From: a virus
Taxonomy: Duplodnaviria > Caudoviricetes
Length of the DNA: 64,000 nt
Strand: one strand, 5' to 3'
IMG/VR virus record: IMGVR_UViG_3300035670_000009
Location: 96,001 to 160,000 of that record
In this document: positions 54,900 to 62,598 of the stretch, in pieces
Position numbering within the stretch: the stretch's first letter is position 1
Layout of the letters: each line of letters starts with the position of its first letter
Notes under the pieces: model-generated
Database searches by the model: none
What the model saw: only the letters and a program-made list of their open reading frames with translations
What the model was told of the DNA's origin: nothing
Made by a program: the position numbers and the translations under genes

Positions 54900-55086
54900 G
54901 ACGTAGCCTCCTCAGCGGGCTACTGGGTAGCGCCCAGCGCGCAGCGGCTTTCCGATACAGCCGCCAATAGATATCTATTCCGCGCGTTTCACACGGTAGC
55001 GTGATACTACCGCGCCGAAACACCGCAGGGAATGCGCTCCGGTGCAAAACCCTGGGCAATTAATATGCCCGCGTTTCCGGACTTTT

Positions 55087-56100
55087 TTAGTAGCGCATCC
55101 GGGCGCCGCTGGTGTAAGCCGAATACTTGTAAGTGCTAGTAACTTCGCCGTAGCAACTCTCGAGATTAATCGCGGCCTTTGTGACCCGGACCCAATCTCG
55201 ATAGGCCTGCCAGCGGGCCTGTCCGGCCTGGTCATACGCCTGGGACTTGTTTTGATCGTTGATCTGAAGCCCGGCGGCGGCGTACTGGAAATCGTTGCGG
55301 CGGAACTGCTCGGCGACCATGAAAAACAAGTTGGCGCAGATCCCCTCGAGCCAGTGGTATCGAAATGGGAAACTTTGGGTCGTGTACGTATCAATCGGCG
55401 GTGGCGTCTCGTTCCAGTACATAACTGGGCGCGAGACGGCCAGCGCGATTTCGGCGTCGTCAAACATCAGATTATCGAGCAGGTAGCTTTCGCCGGGCGA
55501 GCTGTCGCGAAGATGAAGCCGAATCTCAGAAATTGACGGCGGGCCGCCTTCCTGTCCTTGGGGGCCGAAGGTGCCGCGGTTGATGACCACCGAGAAGGTG
55601 TTTGAGAAAACAACGCAAGGCTGCCCGGCTGCTTCGGCCTGGACGCTCACCAGGGCCATCTCGCCGTAATAGACGCCAGGCAGGTCGGTCATGCCTTTAG
55701 TCAGCTCAGCTCGCACGCGCCCTTCTGACGCGTCGACAACGGCTGCCTCGACCTCCAGCGGCGGCCGTTGGTTGCCCAGGCTAAGTTGCTCCTTGAGGCG
55801 CAGGACGACTCTGAAATCGGCGTCTGCGACGCTCTGAGAACCGTCTGTAAGGCCACAAGGCTCCAGGTTTACCGGATGGCCGTGCTGGTCGTGCAGCTGC
55901 CAGTCGAGAAATCCGCACTGCCCTTGCGTAAAGTTTACGGCGCGCATCCGGCCGTAGACCGGCGCGCCATTTACCGTAGAAACCGGCGCGCTGATGACGT
56001 TCTGTGTGGCGCAAGGTACTGGATTTAACTGGCCGTTAGACAGTTGTGGTTCTGGATACGGAACTTGTGGATACGGATTGGGCGTGGCGACGACAACCAT
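55087..56100 (-). CDS. Putative head-tail adaptor/neck protein with N-terminal Ig-like domain
   Basis: ATG 56100 with GGAG (ORF track 56184); C-terminal LRDSSP...LLDNLMFDDAEI...WNETPP...RRNDFQY...INDQNK resembles adaptor proteins of large phages. Confidence 0.62.
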   Translation of the reverse strand: MVVVATPNPYPQVPYPEPQLSNGQLNPVPCATQNVISAPVSTVNGAPVYGRMRAVNFTQGQCGFLDWQLHDQHGHPVNLEPCGLTDGSQSVADADFRVVLRLKEQLSLGNQRPPLEVEAAVVDASEGRVRAELTKGMTDLPGVYYGEMALVSVQAEAAGQPCVVFSNTFSVVINRGTFGPQGQEGGPPSISEIRLHLRDSSPGESYLLDNLMFDDAEIALAVSRPVMYWNETPPPIDTYTTQSFPFRYHWLEGICANLFFMVAEQFRRNDFQYAAAGLQINDQNKSQAYDQAGQARWQAYRDWVRVTKAAINLESCYGEVTSTYKYSAYTSGARMRY

Positions 56101-56104
56101 TGGT

Positions 56105-56209
56105 TTACTCCATAAAACAGTGGATAACCCACAAACCGGGCGCGCCCAGCGCGACCTCGGGCCATAGGACAAACGCAGTCGCAAGGAGCATTACAAAAAA
56201 ACGACGCAT
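56105..56209 (-). CDS. Possible 34-aa hydrophobic peptide (MRRFFVMLLATAFVLWPEVALGAPGLWVIHCFME)
   Basis: ATG with GAGG upstream; basic N-terminus plus hydrophobic core; its stop lies in the next gene's RBS. Confidence 0.35.
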   Translation of the reverse strand: MRRFFVMLLATAFVLWPEVALGAPGLWVIHCFME

Positions 56210-56228
56210 CGTGCGGTCCTCATAGCGA

Positions 56229-56260
56229 AGAAGGCTGGCCGCATGCGCAGCCAGCCTTCT
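56229..56260 (-). terminator. Stem-loop at the end of the head operon
   Basis: AGAAGGCTGGC / GCCAGCCTTCT 11-bp inverted repeat; weak U tract. Confidence 0.6.
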
Positions 56261-56288
56261 CTTACGCGTGACGATCGGTTTGCGCGAC

Positions 56289-56654
56289 TCAGTCGTCGTT
56301 GTCGACCCAGTCGCTCGTGCCGGTACCGGTCGGATCCCACTGGGGGTCGACCGTGCCGAGCACAAGGCCGTCGAGTGCAAGCTCGCGAGTCACCTCAGCC
56401 TCAGCGCTGTAGAGATACGTAGCTGGCGAGCTGACGATCTTCAGATCGCCCGCCTGCAGCGCGGTCTCGAGCGCCTTGAACTTCCGCTGGCTCCTCTGTC
56501 CGCCCAGCTTGCTGACGAGGTCGCCCGGAACCGTATAGGTCTCGTTCGCCTCGAGTCGCTTGCCGTGCGTACCGAGGAAGCCGAACACCTTGGCGGCGCC
56601 AGAAGTGTTCTCAACCGTCGTATACAGGCCAGTAGTCACAGGGGTGTAGGGCAT
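56289..56654 (-). CDS. Hypothetical head-associated protein (121 aa)
   Basis: In head operon, strong codon bias. Confidence 0.78.
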   Translation of the reverse strand: MPYTPVTTGLYTTVENTSGAAKVFGFLGTHGKRLEANETYTVPGDLVSKLGGQRSQRKFKALETALQAGDLKIVSSPATYLYSAEAEVTRELALDGLVLGTVDPQWDPTGTGTSDWVDNDD

Positions 56655-56672
56655 GATTCACTCTCTTTCTGT

Positions 56673-57071
56673 TCACTCGGCGTTCTGCATCGCCGCGGCG
56701 GCAGCAGCCTGCAGCGTGAGAATCGCGTTGGCGATCTCAGGCTGGCCGACCACCACATCCGCAGCCCCGTTAAACGCCGCCGACTTCTCGGTCGCCGCAG
56801 CGTCCGCACCGCCCATGCCAGCAGCAGCAAGCATGGCATCCAGCTCCTGGTTCACAGCGACCAGGCCCGAAGCGCTCGCCGCGGCGGCCTTCTCCTGCTC
56901 AGCCGTGTAGAGCACATGAAGCTTCTGCGCAGCCGACCACATGTCGGCGGCTTCCTGCTCAGACCGCGGCGCGATGCCGTGAGCAGACAGCTTCTCAAAG
57001 AAATACGGCGCAGCAAGCTCCGACACAATCGTGTTGTAGGCCTGCTCGGCCGCGACTTTTACATCATCCAT
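56673..57071 (-). CDS. Ala-rich hypothetical head-associated protein (132 aa)
   Basis: AAGGAG RBS; KVAA, KAAA and KSAA motifs. Confidence 0.78.
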   Translation of the reverse strand: MDDVKVAAEQAYNTIVSELAAPYFFEKLSAHGIAPRSEQEAADMWSAAQKLHVLYTAEQEKAAAASASGLVAVNQELDAMLAAAGMGGADAAATEKSAAFNGAADVVVGQPEIANAILTLQAAAAAAMQNAE

Positions 57072-57098
57072 GAGTAGTGCTCTCCTTGTTTTGATCCG

Positions 57099-57130
57099 GG
57101 GCAGCGGGCGTTTTTAAGCGCCCGCTGCCC
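57099..57130 (-). other. 12-bp GC-rich stem-loop downstream of the capsid gene, without a U tract on the minus strand
   Basis: GGGCAGCGGGCG / CGCCCGCTGCCC; probably a 3' mRNA-stabilising or attenuating structure. Confidence 0.6.
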
Positions 57131-57151
57131 GAAGATCGCTATATCACGGCA

Positions 57152-58078
57152 TCACTTGAAATCGACGCGAGCGAGACCGTTCGTGTGACCGAACGAGCCG
57201 CCCTGCGTGTTGTAGGCGAAGTACTCGAGCATGTACGCCTCACGACGGATGTACATCGTGGTGGGCTCCAGCTCGTAATTCTTGCCAATGAACTTGGGCG
57301 ACGCGAACATGAACATCGAGTCGTCCGGCACAAGGTCGCGCTTGATCGTGACGATCCAGCGGCAGTTGAGGAAGTTGGTCTCCGCCCAACCGTTCTTGAT
57401 GATGTCCTGCGAGAAATCACCGCCCATCTCGTCGCGGCCGAACTTCAGCAGCTCTTTGATGGTGATGTTGTTCACCAGGCAGGTCTCGACCTCGAAGTGC
57501 GAGGGCGTCCGCGGCATAACCTTCAGCGCGTCGACAATCGTCTCACGCGTGATGCCGCCGTGGATTTCCTCGTACTGCACGACACCGGACGCAACGTTCG
57601 CCACGCCCGGGGTCGGGAGGACGGCGTTGAACGCGGCGATGAACTTGGAATCCTCTTCCGCCAGCATGTCCTTGATCATGTTGTCGGAAAGGACCTGACG
57701 GATGTCGATCACGTAGGTACGCAGCTCGTCGACGTCCTTCACAGCGCGGGGCGACACGATCCGGTCAAACATGACGCGGTATCGCGGGCCACGGATGTAG
57801 AAGTTGATCGGGAGCGTCGCGAACGGGAGCGACACAGCCGCCGGGGAGTCGGGTTCCTTGTCGACCACCTTGACGGGCTTGTCAGTGTCAACCTGACGGT
57901 CAAGCTCGTCGTTGGTGATGGTCAGCGGCGGCATAATCCGCCGGTAGAACCCGTCTTCACGCATCTTGGTGCGCGTGAAGTCGTTAACAGCGTCAACGGC
58001 CTGCTTCTGCATGCCGGGGGTGTCAAGCTGCTCGAAGAGCGTCTCGTTGAGCAGCTGGATTTCTTGCGGAGTGGGCAT
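57152..58078 (-). CDS. Major capsid protein (probable HK97 fold, 308 aa)
   Basis: After protease/scaffold/decoration genes; very strong codon bias (C/G-ending codons); C-terminal GGSFGHTNGLARVDF is typical of capsid C-termini; strong RBS and downstream hairpin. Confidence 0.78.
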   Translation of the reverse strand: MPTPQEIQLLNETLFEQLDTPGMQKQAVDAVNDFTRTKMREDGFYRRIMPPLTITNDELDRQVDTDKPVKVVDKEPDSPAAVSLPFATLPINFYIRGPRYRVMFDRIVSPRAVKDVDELRTYVIDIRQVLSDNMIKDMLAEEDSKFIAAFNAVLPTPGVANVASGVVQYEEIHGGITRETIVDALKVMPRTPSHFEVETCLVNNITIKELLKFGRDEMGGDFSQDIIKNGWAETNFLNCRWIVTIKRDLVPDDSMFMFASPKFIGKNYELEPTTMYIRREAYMLEYFAYNTQGGSFGHTNGLARVDFK

Positions 58079-58082
58079 TTAA

Positions 58083-58098
58083 GGAACCTCCATGTTCC
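58083..58098 (-). promoter_or_regulatory. RBS hairpin of capsid gene, GGAAC-AUGGAG-GUUCC; candidate CsrA site
   Basis: Perfect 5-bp stem, AC-AUGGAG-GU core. Confidence 0.7.
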
Positions 58099-58118
58099 GG
58101 GTGTAACTAGGGATGGAC

Positions 58119-58667
58119 TCAGGCGGCCTCGCCCGGGAGCCACACGGTCCAGAAGGACAGTGCGAAGACCCCGTTGTGGTTTTTGGCCTTACCGGACGAC
58201 ACGACACCGACCACCGGCGTCACAAACTGCTCGACCGACTCGTTGGTGATCCGACCACCGGTCGTGGCGTCGGAATTCGAAGCCACCGCGGTGAGAAGAT
58301 CGCCGGGAGTGTAAGTGCGAGACGAGTCGAACTCCGTCGACGCGATCTCATAACCACCCGTCGCCACAAGGCCGGACATCTTGCCGGTCGGGGCGATGGC
58401 CCGGTGCATGAAATTGCCAGACGCCGTGGTGCCGGGGTTACTGACGTCCGCTTCGGCCGAGCCGTTGAGCAGAAAGACCGCAACGCCGGTGTTGTGCGCA
58501 CCCGGCCGGAAATTGCCGTCCGTATCAACGTGAACCACGCGACCGCGCGGGACGTCGAAAGAAACGACCGAAGCGAGCTTGGCGTCGTAGTCAAGGGCGG
58601 CCATCTGGAACCAGCCCTTTTTGACGTCGAGCCCCTTCTCAGTGATCAGATTGGGAGCAGTTGCCAT
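58119..58667 (-). CDS. Putative capsid decoration/cement protein (182 aa)
   Basis: Immediately upstream of the capsid gene; beta-rich, YTPGDLLTAV...GRIT...VVGVV pattern typical of decoration proteins. Confidence 0.62.
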   Translation of the reverse strand: MATAPNLITEKGLDVKKGWFQMAALDYDAKLASVVSFDVPRGRVVHVDTDGNFRPGAHNTGVAVFLLNGSAEADVSNPGTTASGNFMHRAIAPTGKMSGLVATGGYEIASTEFDSSRTYTPGDLLTAVASNSDATTGGRITNESVEQFVTPVVGVVSSGKAKNHNGVFALSFWTVWLPGEAA

Positions 58668-58670
58668 GTT

Positions 58671-58686
58671 AAGACCTCCATGTCTT
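58671..58686 (-). promoter_or_regulatory. RBS hairpin of decoration gene, AAGAC-AUGGAG-GUCUU; candidate CsrA site
   Basis: Perfect 5-bp stem, AC-AUGGAG-GU core. Confidence 0.7.
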
Positions 58687-58715
58687 TTTGGTGAAAATCA
58701 CAGATCCATGTGAAA

Positions 58716-59141
58716 TCAGGCAGTGGGCGGGTTCAGACCAAGACCCTGGAACAACTTGATGTCCGAGGCCTTGAGCTTGCCGTCACGAGCGCCCACATAC
58801 CCGCTCGTCAGGCTGTTCGACGGGTCGTAACCGGCGGTTTTGGTAGCCACCGGCGTGCCCAGGCGTGCCATCTCGGCAGCGTTTTTGTGCGCTGCGAGCT
58901 TGATCACGAGTTCCATGGCGCGCACCGGATTAGCGAGAGCCGCTGCAAGGGCCTCTTTCTGGTGCGGCTCGACCCGTTCGTTTTCGAGACAGGCCTTCAC
59001 AGCTTCAGGGATCAGGCGCGCCAGCTTCTCGTTCTGCTCTTCGCGCTCCTTGATCACCGCGGCGGCCTTGGTCATCGCCGCATCGGAAAAACCGATGTAG
59101 TCGACGATGTTTTGGACCAGCGGGTTATTGCAGTTGGACAT
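58716..59141 (-). CDS. Hypothetical head-associated helical protein (141 aa)
   Basis: CACGGAGG RBS; head operon. Confidence 0.78.
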   Translation of the reverse strand: MSNCNNPLVQNIVDYIGFSDAAMTKAAAVIKEREEQNEKLARLIPEAVKACLENERVEPHQKEALAAALANPVRAMELVIKLAAHKNAAEMARLGTPVATKTAGYDPSNSLTSGYVGARDGKLKASDIKLFQGLGLNPPTA

Positions 59142-59162
59142 GGTTTCAAACCTCCGTGTGAT

Positions 59163-60452
59163 TTACCGGTTGACGAGTTCCAGAACGTGCTGCTTCATGA
59201 TGTCGCGCAGCTGACGCGACCGCTTGGTGCGTGCTTCCTTGACCTGGAACTTGCCGCTCCGCTTGAAGTTGATCACGGCCGCGCCGATCGCGTTCAGGTC
59301 GTTCACTGAAGCCATCTTGGGCGCCATCTCGGCGCCAGCCTCGGGGCCAGCGGGCGGCATGTCGCCTGCGCCGCCACCGCCCTGCAGGGCACCAATCAGA
59401 GCCTCGGGCGGAATGCCCAGCTCTTCAAGCGCCATGGCCAGCTCCTGAACCGCCTCGTCTTCTGACGGGGCGCCAGCGCCCTCGGCACCCATCGGCATTG
59501 CACCGGCGTCTTCGCCGCCCATCATGCCCTCGAGACCGGCGGATTCAGCGCCCATCTCTCCGGCCGGGCTTGCGCCGGACTCGTCGTCACCGGGAGCCGA
59601 GTGATCCTCGCCTTCCGCAGCCTCATCGCCCATGTCCGCAGCCGCGGCCTTTGAAGCGAGGAAGCCAATGAACAGGTCCGCCATCTCGTCGGCCTCGCGG
59701 AGCGTGTTTGCCGCAACTTCGCGCACGGACGCTTCAGCCGCCTCTTTGCTCATGCCGAGCGCCGCGGCCAGCTCGTAACCAGCTTTGAAAGCGGCTTCCT
59801 TGCCCTCGCGAAGAGCTGCGAGATCAGAACCCTCGATCTTGCCGTCGTTGTCAACGTCAAGTTTGTGCTGATCACCCTTCAGCTCCCCCTTCGGCGCGTC
59901 CTTCTTCTTTTCCTTGAGGAAGGCAGGCATCTCGGCGGACTTCTCTGCGCTGGCGTTGAGCAGCGTCGCGAGAATGTCGTTACCAAGCGCCGCGGCTCGG
60001 GTCATCGCTTCTTTGAAAGAAACCGACGAATACTTTTCGCCGTCGTTTGCCTTCGCGGGGTGCGAGGTGCCCGGGTCGTCCTTGTCGCCCTTGTAGTCGT
60101 GCTCGGCGGCCGGATCTTCGCCAGTGGCGGCAACGTTTGTGCCGATGTTCTGCTGGACTTCGTCCTGACGGCCCTCATAGGGAAGCTCGGGAGTGTTGTC
60201 CACTGCGAGCGCGCCCTGCTGCTTCTTGATGTCGGCTTCGTATTCCGACGCGCGCGAACCAGTCTCCGCCTTCTGCACGTTGTTGTCGACGTGCGCGGTG
60301 GGGTGCGTAGACGCGCCCATGTAAGTGCCGGGGTCCGCCGGGGTGGGGCCGCCCTCCGCCTTTTTCTCGGCGGCTGTTTTCACAGCAGTGTGTGAAATCT
60401 CTTCGGCCAGGGCGTTAAGCTGCGCGAAAAGCGATCGTTGCATCCGTGCCAT
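59163..60452 (-). CDS. Putative scaffold/internal head protein (acidic, Ala/Gly/Glu-rich)
   Basis: ATG 60452 with AAGGAG (ORF track 60476); low complexity; between protease and decoration/capsid genes. Confidence 0.6.
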   Translation of the reverse strand: MARMQRSLFAQLNALAEEISHTAVKTAAEKKAEGGPTPADPGTYMGASTHPTAHVDNNVQKAETGSRASEYEADIKKQQGALAVDNTPELPYEGRQDEVQQNIGTNVAATGEDPAAEHDYKGDKDDPGTSHPAKANDGEKYSSVSFKEAMTRAAALGNDILATLLNASAEKSAEMPAFLKEKKKDAPKGELKGDQHKLDVDNDGKIEGSDLAALREGKEAAFKAGYELAAALGMSKEAAEASVREVAANTLREADEMADLFIGFLASKAAAADMGDEAAEGEDHSAPGDDESGASPAGEMGAESAGLEGMMGGEDAGAMPMGAEGAGAPSEDEAVQELAMALEELGIPPEALIGALQGGGGAGDMPPAGPEAGAEMAPKMASVNDLNAIGAAVINFKRSGKFQVKEARTKRSRQLRDIMKQHVLELVNR

Positions 60453-60497
60453 GTTCTTCTCCTTTAGGCTCCACACGCTCTAACGCGCGGACTCCAT

Positions 60498-61955
60498 TCA
60501 AGTGATGTAATTTTGCAGAACACAATGGTTTGCTGTCAACCAGCAATTTCCATATTTCTCGCTGAGGGTCGCGTAAGCCGCAATCTTATAGAAAGCGTAC
60601 TGCCGCGCAAGTGCCGAAGCCGCGGGTTTATTATCGCCCGCCTCCTTGGCAAGAGCTGCAACCTGCACGTCGCGAAGCGCGCTATGGTAAGCGCGCTTTT
60701 CCACGGCTTGCGGTCGTACACTGTGCGTCATAGCTACCTTTTCAGCCCAGACCTGGACAGGCATTGCCGCGGCCGGAGCCGGAAGAAATGCGTTGTTTTC
60801 AAGCTCGCCCGCGGTGTCCGGGTCGTTTGCAAGTTTACTGAAAATGCTATCTAGCGCGCTAGTCACAGCGCGCACCAGGTTATCGCTCGCGGCTTTTACA
60901 GTAAGCGTTAAGAAATCGCGGACGGGGAGCACCACTCCCGCATCGGCTAGCGCGCGCAGGACCTGCCCGAATTTCACGTTCTCGCAAGGCGCAAAGTCGA
61001 CCGGCGGCTGCGCGTTAGCCGTCGACGCCAGCGCAACTTGTGTCCAGGCGCGGGGGTCGTGGATTACCGCGCGCTCGGCCGCGGCCAGTTTTTCAAGTGC
61101 CGCGAGTTGGCTTTGCAGCTGCAGGCTGGTGGCAACACGATCGAAACCCAGCGGCGCTGTAACGCCCAGCTGTTCGGCCAACTCGGCCCCTGAGAGCACA
61201 CCAGCGCTGGCTGCCTTTTGCAGAGTGCCAGAGATGTAGGCAATGCGATCAGCGGGGCGGAAAACGTGGCTGATGTCGAAGAACGTCGGATCGGGGTTGT
61301 CGGCGTGAAGGATGTGGCCGTCAGCGAGAACCCGCCCCAGGTTGTGTTTCAGCCCGCCCGCCTTGCACATGCCGCCATTCTCGACAGAGTCGCAATACTC
61401 TGCGCGCGTGCGAGCTTTGTTTCCGCAGCCAGAGCAAACGTCGAAAGGAATCTTGCAGGCCATCGAAACACCGATATCGTCGCCGCGAGCCAATTTCTCC
61501 GTTTCTTTGTCGGCGAGCAGGCCGCCGTTGCGCTCGGCAGCCTCCTTGCTGGCATTTAGCGCGCAGATCAGCTCGATCCGGTGCATTGGCTCGTTGTAGG
61601 CAGCGAGCTTCACAACGCCGTAGCTTTTGGCCGGGTTCTTGTTGAGATGGTCGCGGTAGAAACGCGCAAACTTCTCGAACGTGTGGTGGTGCTTGCGGCA
61701 GCAGTCGCGAGTGAAACCGTCGGCATTGCGGTTTGGGCCGTAATCTTCGGTGGCGCCGATCGCGATCATGTGGACCGGGATCTCGTCCGCCGCGAACTTG
61801 ATGCGGCTGAGGCGCTCGGCGAAATCCACGCCCGCGCGTTTCACAAAAGCGTCCTTGTCGGCTCCCAGTAGGCCGCGGCTGGAAATTTTAATTAGCGACG
61901 CTACCGGCTCGCTGAAATCCTGCGAGTTCGGCTGGATGATCTTGATCATGCTCAT
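60498..61955 (-). CDS. Prohead protease-like protein (HK97/assemblin-like fold) with CxxC insertion
   Basis: NRNADGF, YRDHLN (candidate catalytic His), IGVSMAC (candidate Ser), CSGCGN, FFDISHVFRPAD (like the EVSxVxxPA motif of HK97-type proteases). Confidence 0.72.
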   Translation of the reverse strand: MSMIKIIQPNSQDFSEPVASLIKISSRGLLGADKDAFVKRAGVDFAERLSRIKFAADEIPVHMIAIGATEDYGPNRNADGFTRDCCRKHHHTFEKFARFYRDHLNKNPAKSYGVVKLAAYNEPMHRIELICALNASKEAAERNGGLLADKETEKLARGDDIGVSMACKIPFDVCSGCGNKARTRAEYCDSVENGGMCKAGGLKHNLGRVLADGHILHADNPDPTFFDISHVFRPADRIAYISGTLQKAASAGVLSGAELAEQLGVTAPLGFDRVATSLQLQSQLAALEKLAAAERAVIHDPRAWTQVALASTANAQPPVDFAPCENVKFGQVLRALADAGVVLPVRDFLTLTVKAASDNLVRAVTSALDSIFSKLANDPDTAGELENNAFLPAPAAAMPVQVWAEKVAMTHSVRPQAVEKRAYHSALRDVQVAALAKEAGDNKPAASALARQYAFYKIAAYATLSEKYGNCWLTANHCVLQNYIT

Positions 61956-61964
61956 AGGAGTGCC

Positions 61965-62591
61965 CTAGTTGTTGCCGCGGTTCAAGAGCGAATACATCAA
62001 AAGGGCGCCAGCAGCTGGAATGCCGAGCTTTCCCGCTCGCGGAAGTTTGCTGAAATTTTTGGCCAGTTCGCCGCTCCCTCGGAGCGTACTTTTGATGTAG
62101 GGCGCGGCAGCTGGTACTGCCTTGCCAGCCTGCAACGCGCCGCGCACCGCCGCGCGATTAATCTGTTTGGCCGCGATCGGCGCATAGCCTGCAGCGGCAG
62201 CGGCACCAGCAGCGCCCAGGCCGACGCCGACGCCCTTGGCTACTGGGCTGAGTTTGCTTTTTACCGGCGCCTGAAGACTCTTTGGAGGCGGCGCAGTCGC
62301 GTCGCCAAGCATTTTTGCGCCGAGCGTCAAACCACCTGCGCCCAAACCGCCAAGCAGCGCGTAGTGAAGCGCTTTCCGTTTTTTGTCTTCGCCGCCGGTT
62401 GCAAGGCCGAGCAGCCCGCCTGCGCCAGCGCCTAGCAACGCATTACGCAGCGCAGGATTTTCCAGCGCTCCCGAAAGATGCGACTGGATGTCGCCCATAT
62501 TCAGCGCCGCCTTCACCATTGGATCTGGCTCGCCGTACACCGCTTGGTGCGCCAGGTTTTCGGCAAGGGCTTGAAGTGTGGTGTCTTCCAT
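61965..62591 (-). CDS. Gly/Ala/Leu-rich hydrophobic protein (possible internal/ejection protein)
   Basis: Several glycine-zipper segments (LLGAGAGGLLGL, LLGGLGAGGL, GVGVGLGAAG). Confidence 0.68.
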   Translation of the reverse strand: MEDTTLQALAENLAHQAVYGEPDPMVKAALNMGDIQSHLSGALENPALRNALLGAGAGGLLGLATGGEDKKRKALHYALLGGLGAGGLTLGAKMLGDATAPPPKSLQAPVKSKLSPVAKGVGVGLGAAGAAAAAGYAPIAAKQINRAAVRGALQAGKAVPAAAPYIKSTLRGSGELAKNFSKLPRAGKLGIPAAGALLMYSLLNRGNN

Positions 62592-62598
62592 GACTTCC

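Noticed and set aside
54990-55075. tRNA-like appearance of the intergenic hairpins
   Set aside because: No TTCRAATC T-arm, no acceptor stem and no CCA; no tRNA genes recognised anywhere in the window.
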